Virus record (IMG/VR): IMGVR_UViG_3300032373_001183
Span: 1 to 25,377 of that record
Origin: a virus
Taxonomy: Duplodnaviria > Caudoviricetes
Length of the DNA: 25,377 nucleotides
Direction: 5' to 3' (one strand)
Under the pieces are notes generated by a model. That model had not been told where the DNA came from and searched no databases. It saw only the letters and a list, made by a program, of their open reading frames with translations. Made by a program: the position numbers and the translations under genes. Shown piece after piece: positions 1-7,984 of this stretch (within the stretch, counting starts at the first letter, position 1; every line of letters starts with the position of its first letter).

Positions 1-20
1 GTCATGTCTCCGAATATTAT

Positions 21-89
21 TGTTCGAACACACAACAGCGACAAGAAATGAATGAAGTCAATAGGATAGATGTTCGAACTGTTCGAACA
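21..89. promoter_or_regulatory. Three copies of the palindrome GTTCGAAC (putative repressor operators)
   Basis: TGTTCGAACA at 21-30 and 80-89, and TGTTCGAAC at 71-79, in the intergenic region upstream of the first ORF. Confidence 0.5.
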
Positions 90-216
90 AATGGTGCCAC
101 CTGGTAAACGCTATCCGAAATGAGGACAAGGATAAAATCCTTGTTTTTCAAATACCGTCATTTTTCAAAATGGCTAAAGCAGCATAAACAAACCAATCAG
201 AATAATCACGCAAAAT

Positions 217-801
217 ATGTCTTTTGATATCACCATTCAGCATGACTTGAAGAAGTTGATGCAGGGCTTAAACGCGCTTGAAACCAAGGTCGCTCCGCAG
301 GTGACGATTCGCACGCTTAATCGTGTGGCTGAGAGTGCCAAGGTTGCCAGTGCCAAACACATCGCACCGCAGATGAACAGCAGGCAGGCTGCTGTGAAGC
401 GCCGCATTGAAACACGCAAAGCCACGTTCAAAACCCTCTGGGCAACGTTGGTGGCACGCGACCGTGCGCTGCAGCTGATTGAGTTTGTGGTTGGCAGCAA
501 GAAGCCAACTCAACAGGTGGGTGGTAAACGTGGGCTGGTGCGAGCCAAGGTGTACGGTAAGACACGCACACTGAGCAACGCCTTCATCGCTCCGCGCAGA
601 CGTGGGTCAAGCAAGACAACGGTTTACATGCGTAAGAGTGGCAAACGACTGCCGCTCAAAATGCTGTACGGCCCTGGCATCATGCAGTTGTTTCGACAGC
701 GTGAGAACGATCAGGTCATGCAGATAAAGGTGTTGGAACGCTTCCCCGTAGAGTTCCGACGCAACCTCGACTTCTACATCAGCAGGCTCAAACGCCGCTG
801 A
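217..801 (+). CDS. Lambda gpZ-like minor tail/tail-completion protein
   Basis: Basic 194-aa protein with 'RTLNRVA', 'AFIA', 'VYMRKSGKRLPLKMLYGPGI' and 'ERFPVEFRRNL', the pattern of the Minor_tail_Z family. Confidence 0.75.
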   Translation: MSFDITIQHDLKKLMQGLNALETKVAPQVTIRTLNRVAESAKVASAKHIAPQMNSRQAAVKRRIETRKATFKTLWATLVARDRALQLIEFVVGSKKPTQQVGGKRGLVRAKVYGKTRTLSNAFIAPRRRGSSKTTVYMRKSGKRLPLKMLYGPGIMQLFRQRENDQVMQIKVLERFPVEFRRNLDFYISRLKRR

Positions 802-831
802 CCCGCAAGGGTGAATCGGTGGGATTCAAAA

Positions 832-999
832 AGGTACTCCCCCGCCGTCCCCCTTACGGGTACGCCGAGGGCGCGGCCTTTTGCTAGCCACAAATCTGTA
901 AAAACCATTTCGTTTCGTTTGGGCGGCATGGAAACCTTTAGATAACAAACGCTTAACCTTCGAAACAGCGAAATGGCCTATTTCAGAGCCACTTCGCTG
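832..999 (+). promoter_or_regulatory. Lambda-type cos packaging site (cosQ-like, cosN-like, cosB-like with R boxes and IHF site)
   Basis: AGGTACT at 832-838; TTACG-GGTACGCCGAGGG-CGCGG at 854-876; CCA(T/C)TTCG boxes at 905 (+), 969 (-) and 989 (+); IHF-like TAACAAACGCTTA at 943-955. A gpA-type terminase lies downstream. Confidence 0.7.
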
Positions 1000-1042
1000 C
1001 GCGTGCCTATGCACAGAATTCATCAGCAAAAACAGGTAAATT

Positions 1043-2239
1043 ATGAAAGTAGAACTGATCGAAATCGGTCGGGTGATTCCCTATGCGCGGAATCCTCGCC
1101 GTAATGAAAATGCCATCGCCAAGGTTGCGGCATCCATCAAGGAATATGGATTCCGTCAGCCCATCGTGGTGGATGAGGAAATGGTCATTATTGCAGGCCA
1201 CACGCGCCTTCAGGCGGCGCAGTCGCTGGGGTTAAAGAAAGTCCCCGTCCATATTGCCGAAGGCCTTACACTGGCGCAGATAAAGGCGTACAGGCTGGCT
1301 GACAACCGTACCCATGAAGATGCCGAGTGGGATGAAGAGCTGCTGGCGATTGAGCTGGGCGAGTTGGGAGAGCTGGGATTTGATCTCGATCTCACAGGGT
1401 TTGATGCGGTGGAGCTGGAAGAATTGCTGGGCAATGCTGCGATTGACGGTTTGACCGATGATGACGAAGTGCCGGAAGCACCAGAGATTCCTGTATCGAA
1501 GGAAGGCGATATCTGGTTGCTGGGTGACCATCGCTTAATCTGCGGTGACAGCACCAAGGCTAAAACCATGAAGGCGTTGATGGGCGACGAGTTGGCGGAT
1601 ATGGTTTTCACCGACCCGCCCTACAATGTCGATTATGGTCAGACGATGAAAGATAATCTGCGTGGCAAACCGCGTAAGATTAAAAATGATAATCTCGGCA
1701 GCGAGTTTCAGCAGTTTCTGACCGATGCCTGCACCGAGATGGTCAAAGTTTGCAAAGGTGCGCTGTATATCTGCATGAGCTCATCTGAGCTGCACACGCT
1801 GCACACCGCTTTTATTGATGCTGGTGGCAAATGGTCGACCTTCATCATCTGGGCGAAGAACACCTTCACCATGGGGCGTGCCGATTATCAACGCCAATAT
1901 GAGCCGATTCTATATGGTTGGCCTGCAGGCAATAAGCATTTTTGGTGCGGCGACCGCAGCCAGAGCGATGTGTGGAATTACAACAAGCCGAGGGTGAATG
2001 ATTTGCACCCGACCATGAAACCGGTGGAGCTGGTCTGCCGTGCGGTGGAGAATTCCAGCAAAACCAAGGATATTGTGCTGGATAGTTTTGGCGGTTCGGG
2101 AACAACCCTAATCGCCTGTGAGAAGCTAAAGCGTCAGGCGCGGTTGATTGAACTAGACCCAATTTTCTGCGATGTGATTGTAAAGCGGTGGGAAGAGTTC
2201 ACTGGAAAAAAGGCTAAATTAATGAAGAAAACAAAGTGA
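1043..2239 (+). CDS. ParB-like N-terminal domain fused to an N6-adenine/N4-cytosine DNA methyltransferase (beta class)
   Basis: ParB motifs 'PYARNPR', 'GFRQPIVVD' and 'IIAGHTRLQAA'; catalytic 'FTDPPY'; 'HPTMKPV'; SAM-binding 'VLDSFGGSGTT'. Confidence 0.93.
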   Translation: MKVELIEIGRVIPYARNPRRNENAIAKVAASIKEYGFRQPIVVDEEMVIIAGHTRLQAAQSLGLKKVPVHIAEGLTLAQIKAYRLADNRTHEDAEWDEELLAIELGELGELGFDLDLTGFDAVELEELLGNAAIDGLTDDDEVPEAPEIPVSKEGDIWLLGDHRLICGDSTKAKTMKALMGDELADMVFTDPPYNVDYGQTMKDNLRGKPRKIKNDNLGSEFQQFLTDACTEMVKVCKGALYICMSSSELHTLHTAFIDAGGKWSTFIIWAKNTFTMGRADYQRQYEPILYGWPAGNKHFWCGDRSQSDVWNYNKPRVNDLHPTMKPVELVCRAVENSSKTKDIVLDSFGGSGTTLIACEKLKRQARLIELDPIFCDVIVKRWEEFTGKKAKLMKKTK

Positions 2240-2286
2240 TTTAGTTCTATAATAACAATGATTAATGACAATACAGAGTATCCCTT

Positions 2287-3498
2287 ATGAAAGTTTTCTT
2301 ATTAGGCGCTGGCGCATCGAAGAGTTATACGCAGTCTCCTACTGCTGCCAAAATGCCTATTGCAAAAGATTTTTTTCAGACTTTCGATTCGCTTGAAATA
2401 TCTTCCGATCCCTGGGTGTTAATTGGAGCCATAATCAACTATCTTGAAAACACACGATCAATGACCGCTCTGCAAGTGCACGATTTCTTGCGTTCGGGGG
2501 TCGATATTGAGGAGCTACACTCTGAGATAGAGAAGAACCGTGATGAATTGTTGGCTGAAGCGAATGAAGCCAACTGGATGATTCCATATAAAGCTTACAA
2601 TCAGTTGGTGTTTTTATTTACATCCGTAATTAACGAAATACAAAATGGCCCAGTATCTCGTTCGCATTTAAATATTGCTAGAACACTCAGCGATAATGAT
2701 CGAATCGTAACCTTTAACTGGGATACGCTAATGGATAGAGCTTTACACGAAACCACTTCTTGGCGGCCTGACAATGGTTATGGAGTTATACCAAAAAAAG
2801 TATTCCGTGATAAGTGGTGTGATCCGAATTCAATAAATATTGCAGCGCCTCAAATATTGAAACTTCACGGCTCAGCGAATTGGCTGACTAGCCATACTAC
2901 AACAGATGGACATGGCAATATTCAGCACTCTCACGAAGCTGATCCCTCAATGCTCCATGTGTTTGAGTATGCTGCATCACCGTATGATTGTTATCAAGGG
3001 CGCTACATGAAAGGATACCAGCCATTTTCATATGGCTACTACCCACCAAACCTACTGGATATTAACAGTATACAGGCAGAAGAGGACCATGTTTTTCTTA
3101 AAATGCACATTAAAAGCCCATTTCAGAGGAAAGGCGAAGCTGGAAGAGAGGGACTGGACTCAATGCCGTTAATTATTCCTCCCGTTAAAACAAAACGGTA
3201 TAATTTTTTTGGAGATTTATTTTCTTCTATTTGGAAGCAAGCAGAAGAGAGCCTAACTCAAGCCAAACACATTATAGTTATTGGTTACTCATTTCCTGTA
3301 ACGGATACCCATAGCACAGACCTATTTGTTCAAGCATTCATGAAACGTACTGATGTACCAAAGATTACGATTATTGATCCAGCTCCCGAGATGGTAGCTT
3401 CTAAATTCTCTCAAGATTTTGGAATACCGACATCTCACATAAATGTATTTAAAGAATATTTTACTGACGACTGGGATCTAAGCCGCATCCTTATTTAG
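2287..3498 (+). CDS. SIR2-like (SIR2_2) domain protein, putative NADase defence effector
   Basis: 'FLLGAGAS', 'TFNWD', 'LKLHGS', 'IIPP' and 'VIGYSF' motifs. Visibly more AT-rich than the flanking genes. TATAAT at 2248-2253 upstream. Confidence 0.85.
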   Translation: MKVFLLGAGASKSYTQSPTAAKMPIAKDFFQTFDSLEISSDPWVLIGAIINYLENTRSMTALQVHDFLRSGVDIEELHSEIEKNRDELLAEANEANWMIPYKAYNQLVFLFTSVINEIQNGPVSRSHLNIARTLSDNDRIVTFNWDTLMDRALHETTSWRPDNGYGVIPKKVFRDKWCDPNSINIAAPQILKLHGSANWLTSHTTTDGHGNIQHSHEADPSMLHVFEYAASPYDCYQGRYMKGYQPFSYGYYPPNLLDINSIQAEEDHVFLKMHIKSPFQRKGEAGREGLDSMPLIIPPVKTKRYNFFGDLFSSIWKQAEESLTQAKHIIVIGYSFPVTDTHSTDLFVQAFMKRTDVPKITIIDPAPEMVASKFSQDFGIPTSHINVFKEYFTDDWDLSRILI

Positions 3499-3811
3499 TA
3501 ATACACCCCTCGAGTATATAACCACGCACACCCTCTTTGGTGGTGAAGGTTTCAATCGGCAGTCCTCGCTTTTTGCGTAAATTGGAAAGATGGCCGCGTA
3601 CTGAATGGGGTTTCCACTCGGTGGCGGCGATGATGTCCGTCAATGTCGTGCCATCTGGCTGCGAAAGGAGGTTAATGATAATCGATTGTTTGGTTTCGCG
3701 CTTCGGTTCGCTCGCTGGCGTTGCAGGCTGTTGCGTTTCGTTGCATGGCGCTGCATCGCGTTGCACTTTGTTGCGCGGAGTTGCTTTCGTGGTTTTGGGT
3801 TTCGTTGGCAT
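3491..3811 (-). CDS. DUF3489-family small winged-helix protein
   Basis: 'TKQSIIINLLSQPDGTTLTDIIAATEWKPHSVRGHLS' matches the family pattern. AAGGAG RBS. Typical position between methyltransferase and terminase. Confidence 0.85.
   Translation of the reverse strand: MPTKPKTTKATPRNKVQRDAAPCNETQQPATPASEPKRETKQSIIINLLSQPDGTTLTDIIAATEWKPHSVRGHLSNLRKKRGLPIETFTTKEGVRGYILEGCITK
3720..3784. repeat. Seven GTTGC pentamers at an exact 10-bp period
   Basis: GTTGC at 3720, 3730, 3740, 3760, 3770 and 3780, and GCTGC at 3750, with variable 5-nt spacers. Confidence 0.85.
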
Positions 3812-3858
3812 GATTAACTCCTTGGTTTGATTAACAGTTCACCCTTTTGGGCAGTCCG

Positions 3859-3887
3859 ATGAACGCTTCATTCAGAGTATTAATCAA
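3859..3887 (-). promoter_or_regulatory. Promoter-like motif TTGATTAA-N10-GAAGCGTTCAT upstream of DUF3489
   Basis: A near-identical motif with the same spacing occurs at 23553-23581. Confidence 0.65.
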
Positions 3888-3907
3888 GTCAATTAAGAGA
3901 GAATCTG

Positions 3908-4486
3908 ATGCCAACGTCTTATCCAGTCACCACCATCGCCAAGCTGTTCGGTTTGACCGAGCGACGGGTGCAGCAGCTGGCGCAGGAAGGCGTGATTCCG
4001 AAGCCAGAAAAGAACCAATACGAGCTGGTGGGAAGTGTCCGCTCTTACATCAATTATTTGCAGCAGCGTGCTTTTGGCAAAGGCGTTGGGCCGCAGGATA
4101 CGCATTTGGAGAGAGCGCGATTATTGAAGGCGCAGGCAGATATGGCGGAGATTGAGTTGGCAGAACGCACCGGTGCACTGGTAACGGTGGATCGGGTGGA
4201 AGCCGATTGGACAGATATGGCGGCGGCGTGCCGTGCCAAGATGCTCGGCATTCCTACCAAAACGGCATACCAGATTGCCCATTTAGAGAACCCACAAGAA
4301 ATCGAGAAATTCCTTAAGCGCACCATTTATGAAGCGCTGGCGGAGATGGCTGCTTATGAAACCGACGAAGACGAAAACCTACAAGCAAGTATTACAGAGG
4401 GTGATGCAGACTTGGATGCCGCCGCCGCAACTGACGGTGAGCCAGTGGGCGGATCAGTTTCGCAGGTTGAGTCCGGAAGCGAGTAG
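3908..4486 (+). CDS. Terminase small subunit (Nu1-like)
   Basis: N-terminal wHTH 'IAKLFGLTERRVQQLAQEGVIP' and coiled coil 'ERARLLKAQADMAEIEL'. Overlaps terL. Confidence 0.9.
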   Translation: MPTSYPVTTIAKLFGLTERRVQQLAQEGVIPKPEKNQYELVGSVRSYINYLQQRAFGKGVGPQDTHLERARLLKAQADMAEIELAERTGALVTVDRVEADWTDMAAACRAKMLGIPTKTAYQIAHLENPQEIEKFLKRTIYEALAEMAAYETDEDENLQASITEGDADLDAAAATDGEPVGGSVSQVESGSE

Positions 4487-6191
4487 CGAGCCTGGTAAAT
4501 GGGTGACGGATCGTGCGCCGTATCAGCGCGGGATGATGGATGCGGTGAATGAACCTGGTGTCTGCGAAGTCGTGCTGATGACGTCGTCGCAGGTGGGAAA
4601 AACGGAGATTATTAATAACATCATCGGTTATTTCGCGCATCAAGACCCGTCGCCGATGCTGCTGATTCAGCCAACGCTGGATATGGCAGAGACATGGAGT
4701 AAGGATCGCCTTGCACCGATGATCCGCGATACGGATGAGCTGACCGATTTGTTTGGAGACCCGCGCAGCCGCGATAGCAACAACACGCTGCTGCATAAAA
4801 AGTTTGCAGGTGGGCATATTACGATGGCTGGGGCAAATAGCCCTGCGTCACTGGCATCACGTCCAATACGGATTGTGCTGCTGGATGAGGAAGACCGCTA
4901 TCCGCATTCGGCTGGTACTGAAGGTGATCCTGGCTCGCTCGCACAAAAGCGCACGACGACCTTTTGGAATCGCCTGCTGGTGGCGGTTAGCACGCCTACA
5001 GTGGAGGATGAAAGCAAGATTGAATCGCGCTATCAGCAGAGTGATCAGCGTAAGTTTTATGTGCCATGCCCTGAATGCGATACATTTCAGGTGCTGTCAT
5101 GGAGTCAGGTAAAGTTTGAGAAAGAGCAGCCTGAAGCCGCTTATTACGCCTGCGAGCATTGCGAGGCCAAGCTCAAAGAGAGCGATAAAATGTGGATGTT
5201 GGCGCATGGCGAGTGGCGTGCGGAAGCCGCTTTTAACGGCATTGCTGGGTTTCACGTTAATGAGCTTTATAGCCCATGGGTCAAATGGTCGGAGATGGTG
5301 GAGAATTTCCTCAAAGCCAAGCGCCTGCCAGAGACACTCAAAGTATGGGTCAATACATCGCTGGGCGAAACATGGAAGGACAAAACCGAAGGCGTTGACC
5401 CTGCAGGATTGCTGGGACGTAAGGAAAATTGGGGACGCGTGGCACCCGAAGGCGTGATTGTCATCACCGCTGGGGTGGATGTGCAGGACGACCGCTTGGA
5501 AGCCGAAGTAATCGGCTGGGGCGTTGGTCAGGAAAGCTGGTCGCTGCAGTTTCATGTGCTGCATGGTGACCCCGCGCAGAACAAGGTGTGGGAGGATTTG
5601 GATAATGTCCTCACACAGACAGTCAAAACATCAGATGGGCGGATTTTATCAGTCTCTTGCGCGTGCGTGGATTCAGGAGGTCATCAAACGCAGCGCGTTT
5701 ATGAATATTGCAAGGCGCGGGAATATCAGCGCGTTTACGCCATCAAAGGTGCGTCGCAGATGGGTAAGCCACTGGTAAGCAAGTTCAGCAAAGCCAACAA
5801 GCTGCGTGTGAAACTGTTTTCTATCGGCACAGATACTGCCAAGCAGATGATTTATTCGCGGCTGAAGATTCATCAGCCAGGGCCAGGCTATTGTCATTTT
5901 CCTGCGGATTATCCGGAGGAGTATTTCAAGCAGCTGACTGCAGAGCGCATTCAAACCAAGTTTGTAAATGGCCATCCCTCACGCATTTGGGTGATGCCAA
6001 AAGGCAGACGCAACGAGGCGTTGGATTGCCGAGTCTATGGCATGGCAGCGCTGCATATCCTGAATCCGAATCTGGATCGGTTGGCGAAGGATCAGGAGCG
6101 CGAGCGCCTGAAGAAACATAACACAACAGACAGCACGGAAGCTAAATCCACCAATGAGTGGATGGGCTACGAGGACTGGAACTTTAACTAG
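4356..6191 (+). CDS. Terminase large subunit (lambda gpA family)
   Basis: Walker A 'SSQVGKTE', Walker B 'VLLDEED', CxxC pairs, nuclease motifs 'GVDVQ', 'VDSGG' and 'RNEALDC'. Start moved to ATG 4356 because GGAGA lies upstream. Confidence 0.96.
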   Translation: MKPTKTKTYKQVLQRVMQTWMPPPQLTVSQWADQFRRLSPEASSEPGKWVTDRAPYQRGMMDAVNEPGVCEVVLMTSSQVGKTEIINNIIGYFAHQDPSPMLLIQPTLDMAETWSKDRLAPMIRDTDELTDLFGDPRSRDSNNTLLHKKFAGGHITMAGANSPASLASRPIRIVLLDEEDRYPHSAGTEGDPGSLAQKRTTTFWNRLLVAVSTPTVEDESKIESRYQQSDQRKFYVPCPECDTFQVLSWSQVKFEKEQPEAAYYACEHCEAKLKESDKMWMLAHGEWRAEAAFNGIAGFHVNELYSPWVKWSEMVENFLKAKRLPETLKVWVNTSLGETWKDKTEGVDPAGLLGRKENWGRVAPEGVIVITAGVDVQDDRLEAEVIGWGVGQESWSLQFHVLHGDPAQNKVWEDLDNVLTQTVKTSDGRILSVSCACVDSGGHQTQRVYEYCKAREYQRVYAIKGASQMGKPLVSKFSKANKLRVKLFSIGTDTAKQMIYSRLKIHQPGPGYCHFPADYPEEYFKQLTAERIQTKFVNGHPSRIWVMPKGRRNEALDCRVYGMAALHILNPNLDRLAKDQERERLKKHNTTDSTEAKSTNEWMGYEDWNFN

Positions 6192-6201
6192 GAGAACCTG
6201 A

Positions 6202-6429
6202 ATGGCTTTAACATTAACACAGGCGCAAACGGCGCTGGATGCGTGGATTGCAGCTGATCTGGCGGTGGCGAAAGGCCAGAGCTATTCCATGAATGGGCGT
6301 AGCCTAACGCTCGCCAATTCCAAGGAAATACGCGAGCAGATTCAATATTGGGAACGCCGCGTTTCTGCCTTCGAGCAAACGATTCAAAATAACCAACAAG
6401 CAGCCTTAGCGGATTTTTCTGATGTCTAA
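6202..6429 (+). CDS. gpW-like head completion/head-tail joining protein
   Basis: 75 aa with 'GQSYSMNGRSLTLAN', between terL and portal. AGGAG RBS. Confidence 0.8.
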   Translation: MALTLTQAQTALDAWIAADLAVAKGQSYSMNGRSLTLANSKEIREQIQYWERRVSAFEQTIQNNQQAALADFSDV

Positions 6430-7984
6430 TTTCATTGATAAAACCATCGAGATGATCTCGCCGGAAGCGGCGCTGCGTCGGGATACAGCTCGCAAGATTT
6501 TGCATGCACAGCGTGCCTATGAAGCAGCCCAGCCCTCACGCCTGCGTAAAACCAAAACTGACCCTGGTAGCGGTGATGCGATTGTTGAGCGTGCGGGTGA
6601 ATCTCTGCGTCTGCAGGCACGCCATTTGGATGAAAACCACGATCTGGCAACAGGCGTGCTCGATTGTCTGGTCAATAATGTGGTGGGTCGCGGCGTGGCG
6701 GTGGAGCCGCAAGTGAAGCTGAAAAACGGCGAGCTGGCGACCGAGGTCAATAATCAGCTGATGGAATTATGGGAAGAATGGGTGCGCTTCCCCGAAGTGA
6801 CATGGGAGCACCACTGGAATCAGATGCTGCGCCTGCTGGCGCGGCATTGGTTTCGTGATGGCGAAGTGTTGATTAAGCATGTGGAAGGTACGCGGCGTGA
6901 TTTGGATCATGGCACGATTGTGCCTTACTCGCTGGAGCTGATTGAGGCTGACTTTTTACCGTTTGATCTGAATGACGAGAAAAAGCGCATCGTCCATGGC
7001 GTGGAGAAAAACGTCTGGCGCAGGCCAAAAGCCTATTATCTCTACAAGGATCATCCAGGTGATAGCCATGTGTTGGCGCTCAAACATGAGACCAAGCGCT
7101 TTGATGCAGGGAAAATCATCCATATCAAAATTGCGCGGCGTATCAGCCAGACACGCGGCGTTTCGGTGTTTGCCAATGTGCTGACACGACTGGAGGATGT
7201 GAAAGATTATGAAGTATCGGAGCGACTAGCCGCAAAAGTGGCAGCTAGCATCTGCGCTTACATTCGCAAAAGCCTTGATGGGCCAACCTCTGGTCTGCAG
7301 ATGGATGATACGGGCAATCGGCTGATGAAAATGCAGCCTGGGATGATTTTTGACAATCTGCTGCCAGGTGAGGAAGTCGGCATGATCGATAGCAATCGCC
7401 CCAATACCATGCTGGAGCAGTTCCGCAATTCTCAGCTTCGGGCGGTGGCGGCTGGCACAAGCACCAGCTTTTCATCCATCTCGAAGGATTATCGCGGCAC
7501 ATACTCCTCGCAGCGCCAAGAGCTGGTGGAGCAGTCCGTCAATTACGGTGTGCTGCGTGAATATTTCACCGAACGCTGCGTGCGGCCAATTTGGGAAAGG
7601 TTCGTTGATATGGCGGTGTTATCGGGTCAGTTAGAACAAGCTGGCGAGCAGATTAACCCGCGCACCTTGAAGAAAGCCAGCTTCCAAGGGCCAGTCATGC
7701 CGTGGATTGATCCGCAGAAAGAAGCCAACGCTGAAGAAAAAATGGTGCAGGCAGGCTTTAAATCACGAGCGCAGGTCATCCGTGAGCGTGGCAACAATCC
7801 GCAGGATGTGTTCAAGCAAATTAAGCAGGAACGCGAGCAGGAAACTGAGGCTGGCATCAATTTCAGCACCAGCAATGGCGGCCAGCAATTATCGCTTTTT
7901 AACGAAAACCAAGGAGAAACCGATGCCACAGAAAGTGACAAAGAGTCCAGCGACGAAGCCGGAGATACTAACACGGACGATTGA
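6422..7984 (+). CDS. Portal protein, lambda family
   Basis: 'LRLQARHLDEN', 'RDGEV', 'QTRGVS', 'YSSQRQ' and 'WIDPQKE'. Confidence 0.95.
   Translation: MSNFIDKTIEMISPEAALRRDTARKILHAQRAYEAAQPSRLRKTKTDPGSGDAIVERAGESLRLQARHLDENHDLATGVLDCLVNNVVGRGVAVEPQVKLKNGELATEVNNQLMELWEEWVRFPEVTWEHHWNQMLRLLARHWFRDGEVLIKHVEGTRRDLDHGTIVPYSLELIEADFLPFDLNDEKKRIVHGVEKNVWRRPKAYYLYKDHPGDSHVLALKHETKRFDAGKIIHIKIARRISQTRGVSVFANVLTRLEDVKDYEVSERLAAKVAASICAYIRKSLDGPTSGLQMDDTGNRLMKMQPGMIFDNLLPGEEVGMIDSNRPNTMLEQFRNSQLRAVAAGTSTSFSSISKDYRGTYSSQRQELVEQSVNYGVLREYFTERCVRPIWERFVDMAVLSGQLEQAGEQINPRTLKKASFQGPVMPWIDPQKEANAEEKMVQAGFKSRAQVIRERGNNPQDVFKQIKQEREQETEAGINFSTSNGGQQLSLFNENQGETDATESDKESSDEAGDTNTDD

Noticed and set aside
71-89. 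Alphaproteobacterial LexA box (GTTC-N7-GTTC)
   Set aside because: The GTTC copies at 72 and 81 are spaced N5, not N7.
3720-3784. CRISPR array
   Set aside because: 5-nt repeats with 5-nt spacers are far too short, and no cas genes are present.
3811-3896. CtrA boxes (TTAA-N7-TTAA)
   Set aside because: Several TTAA half-sites are present, but the spacings are N13 and N9.
7707-7922. N-terminal extension of the protease-capsid ORF in the ORF track
   Set aside because: It overlaps the portal gene, starts at a non-ATG codon and has no RBS; ATG 7923 has AAGGAG.
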